A DNA stretch of 26,288 nucleotides. It comes from Fidelibacterota bacterium (GTDB lineage: Bacteria; Fidelibacterota; Marinisomatia; Marinisomatales; S15-B10). Below are positions 17,648 through 25,917 of this stretch, piece by piece. The position numbers and the translations under genes are program-made. Positions within the stretch are counted from its first letter, which is position 1. Each line of letters starts with the position of its first letter. The DNA is taken from positions 1-26,288 of the forward strand of contig PBTS01000072.1 of NCBI GenBank assembly GCA_002729175.1, written 5' to 3'. The notes beneath the pieces were generated by a model. It did not search any database, was not told the DNA's origin, and worked only from the letters and a program-made list of their open reading frames with translations.

Positions 17648-18541
17648 ATGATGAAGTTTCCCCGATACCAGTTAATATTAATCTCTGTGGCAATTGCATT
17701 GTCTTTTCTCCCTGCCACGCCTCAAAAACCGCTGAAGATTTTCATCTCCGTGGATATGGAAGGTATCGGAGGTATTGGGACGAGCGAAATGACACGTCAC
17801 GGCGGAAAGGATTATGAAACCGGCCGCCACCTTATGACAGGAGAGGTAAATTCAGTGGTAGAGGCTATTTTTGAGAATGGCCCCTCAGAGATCTTGGTAA
17901 ATGACTCTCACGGCGATATGCAAAATCTCCTACATCAAGATCTCGATTCGAGAGTCATTTACATTCAGGGAAATATAAAACCGCTTGGCATGGTACAGGG
18001 TCTCGACGCGTCGTTCGATGGTGCGATCTTTTTAGGCTATCATGCCCGCGCCGGCACAGCCCGGGGATTCTTGGCCCACACAGGCTCAGGCTCCGTTAAA
18101 GGACTGTGGCTTAACGGAAAAGAAGTGGGTGAGGGCGGACTTAATGCCCACTATGCAGGGGAACAGGGTGTTCCTGTCATTCTGGCGGCGGGGGATGATG
18201 TATTTACTGACCAGTTCGGTAGACTAGTGAAGTGCGAACTGGTTACCACCAAGACAGCGGAGACTGCTCAGGTCGCCCGGTTAAAACACGGGGAAGTTGT
18301 TCGGAAGGAACTGGCAGAAGCCACCCGAAAAGCACTTAAGAATATTAAAAAGGCCAAACCGTTCAAAGTAAGTAATCCCGTTAAAATAAAAATGAGATTT
18401 TCGAGCACTACTCACGCCGAGGTATTACAAGCCATTCCAGGAATGAAACTTATTGACGGCTTCACGGTGTCTTATGAAGCTAATAATATGCAAGAGGCCT
18501 ATCCTTTTATAAGACTGATGTATAAGTATGTGAAGTCTTAA
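17648..18541 (+). CDS. dppA: Peptidase M55 D-aminopeptidase (DppA family) with N-terminal signal-like extension
   Basis: KIFISVDMEG, VNDSHG.M.N, GYHARAG, LAHT, VGE and GDD motifs. Starts immediately after the previous stop; AAGGAG RBS. Confidence 0.88.
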   Translation: MMKFPRYQLILISVAIALSFLPATPQKPLKIFISVDMEGIGGIGTSEMTRHGGKDYETGRHLMTGEVNSVVEAIFENGPSEILVNDSHGDMQNLLHQDLDSRVIYIQGNIKPLGMVQGLDASFDGAIFLGYHARAGTARGFLAHTGSGSVKGLWLNGKEVGEGGLNAHYAGEQGVPVILAAGDDVFTDQFGRLVKCELVTTKTAETAQVARLKHGEVVRKELAEATRKALKNIKKAKPFKVSNPVKIKMRFSSTTHAEVLQAIPGMKLIDGFTVSYEANNMQEAYPFIRLMYKYVKS

Positions 18542-18551
18542 AAGAGTCTTA

Positions 18552-19883
18552 ATGAATTCAGCTTCCCCCGAACTCAAACGATCTCTAGGTATCTTTGACG
18601 GAATAGGCCTTCTCGTGGGGATCACCATCGGTGCCGGGATTTACTCCACTCCCCAGATCATCGCTGGCTACCTCAGTTCCTACGGCACTATCATGCTCCT
18701 CTGGATCGGTGTAGCTCTCTTTGTCTATGTGGGAAGTCTCATCTACGCGGAGCTGGGTAGTCGGTTTCCTGAAACGGGCGGAGAATATGTATATATTCTT
18801 AAGGCTTTTGGGCCGTTCTGGGGATTCCTGTTCGGTTGGGCTCAGCTCTTTATCATCCGCACCTCACCGGCCGCTGGCCTCTCGCTGGTTACCGCCAACT
18901 ATATTGGTTTTTTCATTGACCTGAATCGGACGGAAAAAATCATTATCGCACTGTCAGTCTTAGCCCTGTTCGGAGCATTGAATGTGGCCGGAGTAAATAA
19001 GGCCAGTTTCTACAATAAACTTTCTTCAGCAGCAAAGATTGGTGGGTTGGCGATCTTGGGTGTCGTCGGGATGCTGCTACTGAACGGTAATGGGGATTTT
19101 CTGAGTCAAACCGCTCATCCAACAGCGACACTCGGTCCGGTGGGGAATGTTATTGCAGCGCTCATGCTTGTCCTCTTTTCTTACATCGGCTGGGACAGGG
19201 TTGGCTATGTTGCAGGGGAGATGAAGAATCCGCGTAAGGTTATACCGCTCAGCATGTTTCTCGGTATGGGTATCATCATTGCCCTTTACCTTTTGATGAA
19301 TACGCTTTATCATGCTACGCTGGGTATGGAAGGGATGCGGGGCAGTACCATTGTCGCTTCTGACGCGGCGGTACAGATCTTTGGCTCAGTCGGGGCAGCA
19401 GTGGTTTCCCTGCTTGTCATTGTCTCCGCAACAGGTAGCATCAACGGTACAATTATGTCAGCCAGCCGTGTCTATTACGCCATGGCGCGGGACGGTCTGC
19501 TTTTCAAGTGGCTGGACTATATCCACCCCATATTTCAGACCCCCACCCGTGCCATCTTTGCTCATTGCGTATGGGGAGCCGTCATCCTGGTCGTCCGTGG
19601 AACATTTGAAACCATCGTCGCCGGGATGGTTTTTGCCATTCTCATCTTCTACACCTTTACCACCATCGCTCTGTTCAAATTCAGAAGAGAAAGAGCTGGA
19701 TCCAAGGATGCCTATGAGATTCCCGGTTTTCCTGTTGTCCCGGGGCTCTATCTGGCGGGGATCGTAGTTCTCATCAGCCTCAGGGGCTACTATGAGTGGG
19801 GAAAATCGGCCCAGGATCTAGCATTCGTGCTGACGGGGATTCCTGTATATTTTCTCTGGTTCAGATCAAAAATAGACAGATGA
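18552..19883 (+). CDS. APC-superfamily amino acid permease (LAT/SteT-like)
   Basis: LKRSLG, VG.TIGAGIY.TP, YAELG..FP..GGEYVY, SYIGW, AGEMKNP, SRVYYAMARDG. About 12 TM segments. Confidence 0.92.
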   Translation: MNSASPELKRSLGIFDGIGLLVGITIGAGIYSTPQIIAGYLSSYGTIMLLWIGVALFVYVGSLIYAELGSRFPETGGEYVYILKAFGPFWGFLFGWAQLFIIRTSPAAGLSLVTANYIGFFIDLNRTEKIIIALSVLALFGALNVAGVNKASFYNKLSSAAKIGGLAILGVVGMLLLNGNGDFLSQTAHPTATLGPVGNVIAALMLVLFSYIGWDRVGYVAGEMKNPRKVIPLSMFLGMGIIIALYLLMNTLYHATLGMEGMRGSTIVASDAAVQIFGSVGAAVVSLLVIVSATGSINGTIMSASRVYYAMARDGLLFKWLDYIHPIFQTPTRAIFAHCVWGAVILVVRGTFETIVAGMVFAILIFYTFTTIALFKFRRERAGSKDAYEIPGFPVVPGLYLAGIVVLISLRGYYEWGKSAQDLAFVLTGIPVYFLWFRSKIDR

Positions 19884-19981
19884 TGGTATTAAGTGATGGC
19901 AACACGATGAAAAAATTGTGGCCTGAAGAGAAGGAGATCGAACCGCTCTGGTGGTGGGACGACGGTCCGGTAGAAAAATGA
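19880..19981 (+). CDS. Candidate 33-aa Trp-rich small ORF or gene remnant (MMVLSDGNTMKKLWPEEKEIEPLWWWDDGPVEK)
   Basis: ATG 19880 overlaps the permease stop (ATGA), and its TGA 19979-19981 overlaps the next ATG (ATGA). Confidence 0.35.
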   Translation: MMVLSDGNTMKKLWPEEKEIEPLWWWDDGPVEK

Positions 19982-20286
19982 GAAAACTCTTTCTCATTGC
20001 TTTTTTGTTCATATTTGTTACCTGTGAGGATGAGGAAGAACCACTCTGCAACATAAAGGTAACACTTGAAGACTATAGCGATCTGGATGGTTGCGGATTT
20101 GTCATAATGTTAGAGGACAGTACTATCCTAGAGATAGGAGATTATGATGAAGAGCCAGACTTTAGTTTCAGAGACGGAATGGCGGTGAATATATCCTACG
20201 AAGAAATGAAAGGTATCGCTACTGCTTGCATGGTAGGTACTATTGTTCGAATTACCTGCATGGAAAAGAATGGGAGTGAAGGCTGA
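19978..20286 (+). CDS. Small acidic lipoprotein of unknown function
   Basis: Start at ATG 19978 preferred over the track's 19951 because it gives a clean signal peptide MRKLFLIAFLFIFVT-C. Four further Cys (PLC, DGCG, ACMVG, ITC). Confidence 0.7.
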   Translation: MRKLFLIAFLFIFVTCEDEEEPLCNIKVTLEDYSDLDGCGFVIMLEDSTILEIGDYDEEPDFSFRDGMAVNISYEEMKGIATACMVGTIVRITCMEKNGSEG

Positions 20287-20304
20287 ACTGATTTTCAGTG
20301 ACGA

Positions 20305-21198
20305 GTGATTCAAATTGTGGAGAAAAACACTAGCCGTCAGCATATAAACGTCCGGACCAACGGAATTACACTCCATACCGTCCAGGCCGGGCCGAAAGAT
20401 GGGCCACTACTTATCTTTCTCCACGGCTTTCCCGAGTTCTGGTATTGTTGGCACAGGCAAATTGATTTTTTTGCTGAAAAAGGGTTCCGTGTCATGGTAC
20501 CCGATCAGCGGGGCTATAACACCTCATCCAAACCGTCCGGAATCTCACCGTACCGTGTTGACTTTATCGCCCGGGATACAATAGGCCTCATAGAATACGC
20601 CGGTCGTCGGAAAGCGTGCATCGTGGGGCACGACTGGGGCGGTGCTACTGCCTGGTGGCTGGGACAACGCTATTTTTCATGGGTCGAGAAACTGGCAGTC
20701 CTAAACTGTCCTCATCCCAGCGTCATGAGAGAACATCTGTCCAATAATCCGGCCCAGCGAAAAAAGAGCTGGTACATCTTTTACTATCAGCTCCCATGGC
20801 TGCCGGAGTGGACCATGTCCCGGAACGACTGGGAGTTTTCTAGAAAGGCGCTCCAGTTTACCTCTGTCCGGGGAACGTTCAACGAAGATGAGATGTCAAA
20901 ATATGTAGAGGCTTGGTCACAGCCCGGTGCACTCACAGCCATGCTAAATTGGTACCGAGCCGGCATTCAGCTCTTGAAAGGGCGCCGCCGAAATGGACAC
21001 TCCCCGCGAAAAATTGAAGTTTCCACCCTCCTCCTTTGGGGTGTGAAAGACCGCTTCTTGGATCGCGAAATGGCTCAACCGAGTATTGAGCGGTGTACCA
21101 GGGGTGAGGTCGTCTATCTGGATGAGGCGACCCACTGGCTGCAGCACGAGGAGCCGGAGACAGTTAATCCGCTTCTTTTGGAATTTTTTAGTTGCTGA
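20305..21198 (+). CDS. Alpha/beta hydrolase, epoxide hydrolase-like
   Basis: HGFPEFW oxyanion motif, PDQRGYN.S, GHDWGG (Asp nucleophile), SWY and NWYRA lid tyrosines, HWLQHE. Confidence 0.9.
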   Translation: MIQIVEKNTSRQHINVRTNGITLHTVQAGPKDGPLLIFLHGFPEFWYCWHRQIDFFAEKGFRVMVPDQRGYNTSSKPSGISPYRVDFIARDTIGLIEYAGRRKACIVGHDWGGATAWWLGQRYFSWVEKLAVLNCPHPSVMREHLSNNPAQRKKSWYIFYYQLPWLPEWTMSRNDWEFSRKALQFTSVRGTFNEDEMSKYVEAWSQPGALTAMLNWYRAGIQLLKGRRRNGHSPRKIEVSTLLLWGVKDRFLDREMAQPSIERCTRGEVVYLDEATHWLQHEEPETVNPLLLEFFSC

Positions 21199-21283
21199 AT
21201 TGTCAAATTAGAGTGACTCCCGATTCAATTAATTGTAAGTTACGATTGAGGAATTTTCCCTACCGTCAAGCACCGTAACAATC

Positions 21284-22003
21284 GTGGAAGACACTTATCA
21301 CAAGCGCACCACATTTTTAAGTTTCCAGAAAGAATACATTGCCGAATTCGTTTACGGCGGTATTGATGGAACCATTACTACTTTTGCTGTTGTGGCGGGT
21401 GCAGCCGGGGCCGAACTTGCCCTTCCCATCGTTTTGATTCTCGGATTTGCTAACCTCATCGCTGACGGATTCGCCATGTCCGTGGGGAGTTATTTTTATG
21501 CCAAAGCCGAACACGAATCTTATGAAAAGCACAGGGCTATAGAATATTGGGAGATTGAAAACCTCCGTGAAAAAGAGGTTGAGGAAATTCATGAGATCTA
21601 TGAGACAAAGGGATTCACAGGGGACCTGTTAAAGCAGGTGGTGGATGTGATCACCTCTGACGACGAGGTGTGGGTAGACACTATGATGAAGGAAGAATTG
21701 GAAATGATGAAGGATGACAGGCCGGCGTGGAAACGGGGACTGGTCACATTCATGGCCTTTAATCTCATCGGTTTTATTCCGCTGGCGGCCTATGTCCTCG
21801 CCGGTTTTATCGATGCCAGCGCCTCTGACCTGTTTGTGGTGTCTTCTATCTCTACTGCAGTGGCTCTTGCCCTCATTGGCGCCCTCAAGGGATTGGTGAC
21901 AGAACAGAGCCGAATCAAAGGGATCATTGAGACAGTTTTTCTCGGCGGTATCGCCGCCACTATCGCCTTCTTTGTTGGCGACATACTGGAGAAGCTTCTC
22001 TGA
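21284..22003 (+). CDS. VIT1/CCC1 family Fe2+/Mn2+ transporter
   Basis: VYGGIDG.ITTFAVVAG, GFANLIADGFAM.VG.Y, Glu-rich cytoplasmic domain, MMKEEL. Confidence 0.9.
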   Translation: MEDTYHKRTTFLSFQKEYIAEFVYGGIDGTITTFAVVAGAAGAELALPIVLILGFANLIADGFAMSVGSYFYAKAEHESYEKHRAIEYWEIENLREKEVEEIHEIYETKGFTGDLLKQVVDVITSDDEVWVDTMMKEELEMMKDDRPAWKRGLVTFMAFNLIGFIPLAAYVLAGFIDASASDLFVVSSISTAVALALIGALKGLVTEQSRIKGIIETVFLGGIAATIAFFVGDILEKLL

Positions 22004-22028
22004 GATTGACATACTAAGTTAAGGTACC

Positions 22029-22421
22029 TTGCCAGTTTTGTCGGAAGCGATCACAAACGGTCTTTGCGTTTCAGTAGAGAGTGAGTTTGTTCCGGAGCGC
22101 TCCAATCCCGACCAGCCGCTCTTTTTCTTTGCCTACCACATCACAATAAAAAATGAGGGTAACCGCCCACTGACGCTCATGAATCGCTATTGGCACATCA
22201 CCGACGCTGCCGGACAGGTGGAGGAGGTTCGGGGTCACGGAGTTGTGGGTTATCAGCCGCGGCTGGAAAAAGATCAGTCATTCCAATATACCAGTTTCTG
22301 TCCCCTTCGGACAGAATTCGGTACCATGAAAGGAACCTATGAGATGGTTTGGGACGACGGCGAAATATTTGATGCTGAAATTCCCGTATTTCGGCTGGTC
22401 ACACCTCATGCAGTCAACTAA
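22029..22421 (+). CDS. apaG: ApaG domain protein
   Basis: FAYHITI.N, L..RYWHITD, EEVRG.GVVG.QP, F.YTS.CPL.T.FG.M.G.Y. TTG start. Confidence 0.93.
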   Translation: MPVLSEAITNGLCVSVESEFVPERSNPDQPLFFFAYHITIKNEGNRPLTLMNRYWHITDAAGQVEEVRGHGVVGYQPRLEKDQSFQYTSFCPLRTEFGTMKGTYEMVWDDGEIFDAEIPVFRLVTPHAVN

Positions 22422-22448
22422 TTTTACATAATTGAAAAAGAGGGGATC

Positions 22449-22655
22449 ATGAAAACTGGTACAGTAAAAGAATATGATCAGTCGAAAGGTTTTGGCTTCA
22501 TCGAATCTGATGATGGGGAGGATCTTTTCGTCCATGTGAGCGGATTGCGTGTTGATCTCAAAGAACAGGGGTTGAGACAGGGCCTACGTGTCCAGTTTGA
22601 TGTGCAATATGATGTAAAAGGTGATCGGGCTGTAAATGTGAAGCCTGCTAGCTGA
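22449..22655 (+). CDS. Cold-shock domain protein
   Basis: GTVK, RNP1 KGFGFI, RNP2 DLFVH.S, G.RAVNV. 68 aa with GAGGGG RBS. Confidence 0.92.
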   Translation: MKTGTVKEYDQSKGFGFIESDDGEDLFVHVSGLRVDLKEQGLRQGLRVQFDVQYDVKGDRAVNVKPAS

Positions 22656-22666
22656 CCAATTTCTAC

Positions 22667-24007
22667 ATGACGGATTGGTTCAGTGTCGTTGCCGAGCTAA
22701 CGGCTGATTTGTCCGACATTGTCTGGGGTGTTTGGACCATCATTCTCCTCTGCGGAGTTGGTTTACTCCTTACTTGGAAAACCAAATTCGTTCAGGCCAC
22801 AAATTTTATAAAAGCTCTCAAGTTAATCTTCGGTGGTGCTCTGAAAAGAGGCTGTTCAGAGGAAGGAACAGGCGACATTTCGCCGTTTCAGGCTCTTACC
22901 ACTGCACTCTCCGCCACTATTGGTAACGGTAATGTGGCAGGCGTAGCCACTGCCATTGCTATAGGTGGTCCCGGCGCAGCATTTTGGATGTGGACGGTAT
23001 CTCTTTTTGGTATGGCAACAAAATATGCTGAAGCAGTCCTTGGAGTGAAGTATCGTCAAAGATCTGGCGATGGGACCATGCTGGGCGGTCCCATGGTCTA
23101 TCTCAATGAAGGCTTGGGTATGAAGCGTCTGAGTCTCTTCTTTGCTATCTCGGCCCTTTTCGGCGGCATAGGGGCAGGCAACATGACTCAGTCCAATTCT
23201 GTTGCCCTTGTTCTGTTCAGCGATTTCGGTGTTCCCAAGTGGTCCAGTGGACTCGTGCTTGCGGTGGCACTTTGGCTTGTCATAATAGGGGGCATTCGTA
23301 GAATAGGACGCTTTGCTGAAATGTTGGTCCCTTCTATGGCACTTGTCTATGTTCTCAGTTGTCTCGTTATACTTGTAGTCAACGTAGCAGAACTGCCCGC
23401 TGCATTTTCGCTCATCATAAAAAGTGCATTTAGCCCTACTGCTGCTACCGGGGGATTTGCCGGTGCCACGGTAGCCAGAGCCATGGCCTACGGCTTTCGT
23501 AGAGGGACAGTTTCTAGCGAAGCCGGTGTCGGAACAGCTGCTATTGCCCACGGCGCCGCTCGGACTGCCGACCCTCATCGCCAGGGTATTATTGGAATGA
23601 TGGGTGTATTTATCGATACAATGGTGGTTTCTACTATGACAGCACTCGTGCTTGTATCCACCGGGGCCTGGTCCTCTGGTCTCATTAGTACTGAAATGAC
23701 AGCCGTGGCGTTCAAGAGTGTATTGCCGTTCGGCGGTATCATAATCGTGGTTGTCTCAGCTCTGTTTGGTTTTACAACAATGGTCGGTTGGGCTTATTAC
23801 TGTGAACAGTCCCTCCGTTTTGCCGGTGGCATAAAACTGTCCATCCCTTTTCGTTGGATCTATTGCGTCCTTGCGGGGTTGGGTGCCATATTCCAAGTGA
23901 AACCACTTTGGGATTGGGCGGATATATTTATGGGTTTCATGGTATTTGCAAATCTGGTGGCTCTTGTGGGTCTAAGTGGAGAAGTAAGAAAGATCAGTGA
24001 AACATGA
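22667..24007 (+). CDS. Sodium:alanine/glycine symporter (AGCS family)
   Basis: ISPFQAL.TALSATIG.GN.AGVA.AI..GGPGA.FWMW, GMATKYAE, GGPM, EAG.G, FIDT and GW.YY.E motifs. Confidence 0.92.
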   Translation: MTDWFSVVAELTADLSDIVWGVWTIILLCGVGLLLTWKTKFVQATNFIKALKLIFGGALKRGCSEEGTGDISPFQALTTALSATIGNGNVAGVATAIAIGGPGAAFWMWTVSLFGMATKYAEAVLGVKYRQRSGDGTMLGGPMVYLNEGLGMKRLSLFFAISALFGGIGAGNMTQSNSVALVLFSDFGVPKWSSGLVLAVALWLVIIGGIRRIGRFAEMLVPSMALVYVLSCLVILVVNVAELPAAFSLIIKSAFSPTAATGGFAGATVARAMAYGFRRGTVSSEAGVGTAAIAHGAARTADPHRQGIIGMMGVFIDTMVVSTMTALVLVSTGAWSSGLISTEMTAVAFKSVLPFGGIIIVVVSALFGFTTMVGWAYYCEQSLRFAGGIKLSIPFRWIYCVLAGLGAIFQVKPLWDWADIFMGFMVFANLVALVGLSGEVRKISET

Positions 24008-24918
24008 ACACGGTTAACCCTATTGTCATCTCCACTTGGTATCATGGCGAACGAGCTAACGAAGCGGCCTCTAATGTTCTTCAAAAAGGTGGTTCTGCGC
24101 TTGATGCGGTAGTTGCCGGGGCAGCAGTGTCTGAGGAAGATCCGAATGTCATGGATGTAGGCTACGGTGGGCTGCCAGGTGAGAACGGTATTGTTACACT
24201 GGATGCCGCTGTCATGGGACCGGGAGGACGTAGCGGCTCGGTGGCGGGGATGGAAGGGATCGTCAATGCGGCAGCAGTGGCGAAAAAAGTAATGGAAGAG
24301 ACGGAGCATGCCATGATTGTTGGCGAAGGTGCGAAAAGATTTGCTCTCAAAAAAGGGTTTCAAGAGAAAAATCTTCTCACAGAAAAAGCGCGTCAGAGAT
24401 GGTTGGAATGGGAAAAAGATCCTGAAAAATCATCCGCTTGGCTCAGTGAACAGTCCCATAACGAAACGCTGGGAATCTTGGCTATGGATCAGAAGGGAGA
24501 TTTGGCCGGTGCATGCACTACCAGCGGTGCCGCGTGGAAAATTCATGGCCGTGTGGGAGATTCACCTCTTATCGGAGCCGGGCTATATGTAGACAATGAA
24601 GTGGGTGCTGCTGCGGCTACAGGAGCGGGGAGGGAAGTTATCGCAATCTGCGGCAGTTTCTTGATTGTAGAAAATATGCGTAGAGGAATGTCTGCGCATC
24701 TAGCTTGTGAAAATGCTCTTCAGAGGATGATCGATCGGCATGGTGGAGATGTAGAATTTCAAGTCGGCTTTGTGGCGCTCAGGAAGGATGGTGAAACAGG
24801 TGCTGCTTCAATCATGAACCCATTTGAATTTGCTCTCTTTCATGATGGTAAGAATCGGCTGGCTAAGGCAAAAGCGATGCTGGACAAACAGACTTCATTT
24901 TATAACATCTATCGCTAG
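24004..24918 (+). CDS. Type-2 asparaginase (Ntn-hydrolase), glycosylasparaginase / isoaspartyl peptidase-like
   Basis: ISTW, GGSALDAV, VGYGG.P...G.VTLDA, VMEET.H...VGEGA..FA, nucleophile region ETLG, TTSG...K..GRVGDSP.IGAG.Y. ATGA overlap with the symporter. Confidence 0.88.
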   Translation: MNTVNPIVISTWYHGERANEAASNVLQKGGSALDAVVAGAAVSEEDPNVMDVGYGGLPGENGIVTLDAAVMGPGGRSGSVAGMEGIVNAAAVAKKVMEETEHAMIVGEGAKRFALKKGFQEKNLLTEKARQRWLEWEKDPEKSSAWLSEQSHNETLGILAMDQKGDLAGACTTSGAAWKIHGRVGDSPLIGAGLYVDNEVGAAAATGAGREVIAICGSFLIVENMRRGMSAHLACENALQRMIDRHGGDVEFQVGFVALRKDGETGAASIMNPFEFALFHDGKNRLAKAKAMLDKQTSFYNIYR

Positions 24919-24928
24919 AGTTGATTCA

Positions 24929-25903
24929 ATGAGCCTGAGACCCTCCACAGCTGAAATGGAATCTTCACTTAGCGTCATTCGGGAATTTTTGTCTGAAACA
25001 CCTCTGAATTTGGAAAGTGATCTCAGCGCACTCACGGAAACCACCACTTATGTGAAACATGAGTACAAATCTCCCGTTAACTCATTCAAGGCTAGGGGTG
25101 CATTAACCCTTGTACATCGTCTTTCGCAGTCCAGTAACGTTACAAAAGTGATCACCGCTTCAACAGGTAATCACGGCTCCGCTATGGCGTATGCCTGCCA
25201 GAAATTTGATATCCCCATTACTGTTGTGGTGCCGGAAGGGGCGGATGAAAGAAAAGTTACCCTGATCCGCAAGTTTGATGCTGATCTTCAAGTTCTGGGG
25301 AGAGATTTGGACGAGGCGAAAGATAGGATCTTGGAGTGGGATATGCCCAGTGATCATCTCTTTGTAGAGGATGGTGCCGTACCGGATATTGTGATTGGCA
25401 CGGCTACAATAGGTTATGAAATCATGGAACAACGGAAAGAAGGCCTTGACGTGATTATAGTCCCTGTTGGAAACGGTTCTCTAATTGGCGGTTTGGGGAG
25501 TGCCGTGAAGGATAAGAATCCTTCAACGCAGGTCGTAGGTGTGCAATCGGAGGCGGCACCTTGTATGACATATTCATTTCGCGAAAAACGGCCCGTAAAT
25601 ACAGACAGTTGTGACACGTTTGCTGGCGGCATCGCAGTTCGTGTCGCTATTCCTGAGGCGGTAAACCTCATGCTGGAAGTGGTTGATGATGTGATACTTG
25701 TGTCTGAAAATGAACTGAAAAAAGCCATGGCACTTTTCTTGAAAGCTGTTGGAGTGCTTTTGGAGGGTGCCGGAGGGGCGTCCTTGGCGGCAGCATTGAA
25801 ATTGAAGGATGAACTCAAGGGAAAATCTGTCTGTCTTTTAGCCACAGGCTGTAATGTGGACGAGACCCTTCAACAGGAAATTCTGAGGGATTATGTGCAA
25901 TAA
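24929..25903 (+). CDS. Fold-type II PLP enzyme, serine/threonine dehydratase or racemase-like, no regulatory domain
   Basis: ETPL, SFKARGA (PLP lysine), ASTGNHG, VPVGNGSLIGG. Start placed at ATG 24929 because the track's 24824 overlaps the upstream gene by 95 nt. Confidence 0.85.
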   Translation: MSLRPSTAEMESSLSVIREFLSETPLNLESDLSALTETTTYVKHEYKSPVNSFKARGALTLVHRLSQSSNVTKVITASTGNHGSAMAYACQKFDIPITVVVPEGADERKVTLIRKFDADLQVLGRDLDEAKDRILEWDMPSDHLFVEDGAVPDIVIGTATIGYEIMEQRKEGLDVIIVPVGNGSLIGGLGSAVKDKNPSTQVVGVQSEAAPCMTYSFREKRPVNTDSCDTFAGGIAVRVAIPEAVNLMLEVVDDVILVSENELKKAMALFLKAVGVLLEGAGGASLAAALKLKDELKGKSVCLLATGCNVDETLQQEILRDYVQ

Positions 25904-25917
25904 GATTGGAGGTAGTT

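Noticed and set aside
21226..21235. Palindrome CAATTAATTG upstream of the VIT1 gene as a metal-regulator box
   Set aside because: Only 10 bp, AT-rich, and not matching a Fur/PerR-type consensus I can support.
22006..22030. Perfect TTGACA upstream of apaG
   Set aside because: No -10 element at 16-18 nt spacing; that position falls on the apaG start codon.
22856..23578. 240-aa minus-strand ORF (and the many other short alternate-frame or antisense ORFs in the track)
   Set aside because: Nested in or largely overlapping well-supported + strand genes, with no recognisable family features.
24824..24928. Track's longer N-terminus for the PLP enzyme
   Set aside because: Overlaps the asparaginase gene by 95 nt and adds no family-like sequence; ATG 24929 is more plausible.
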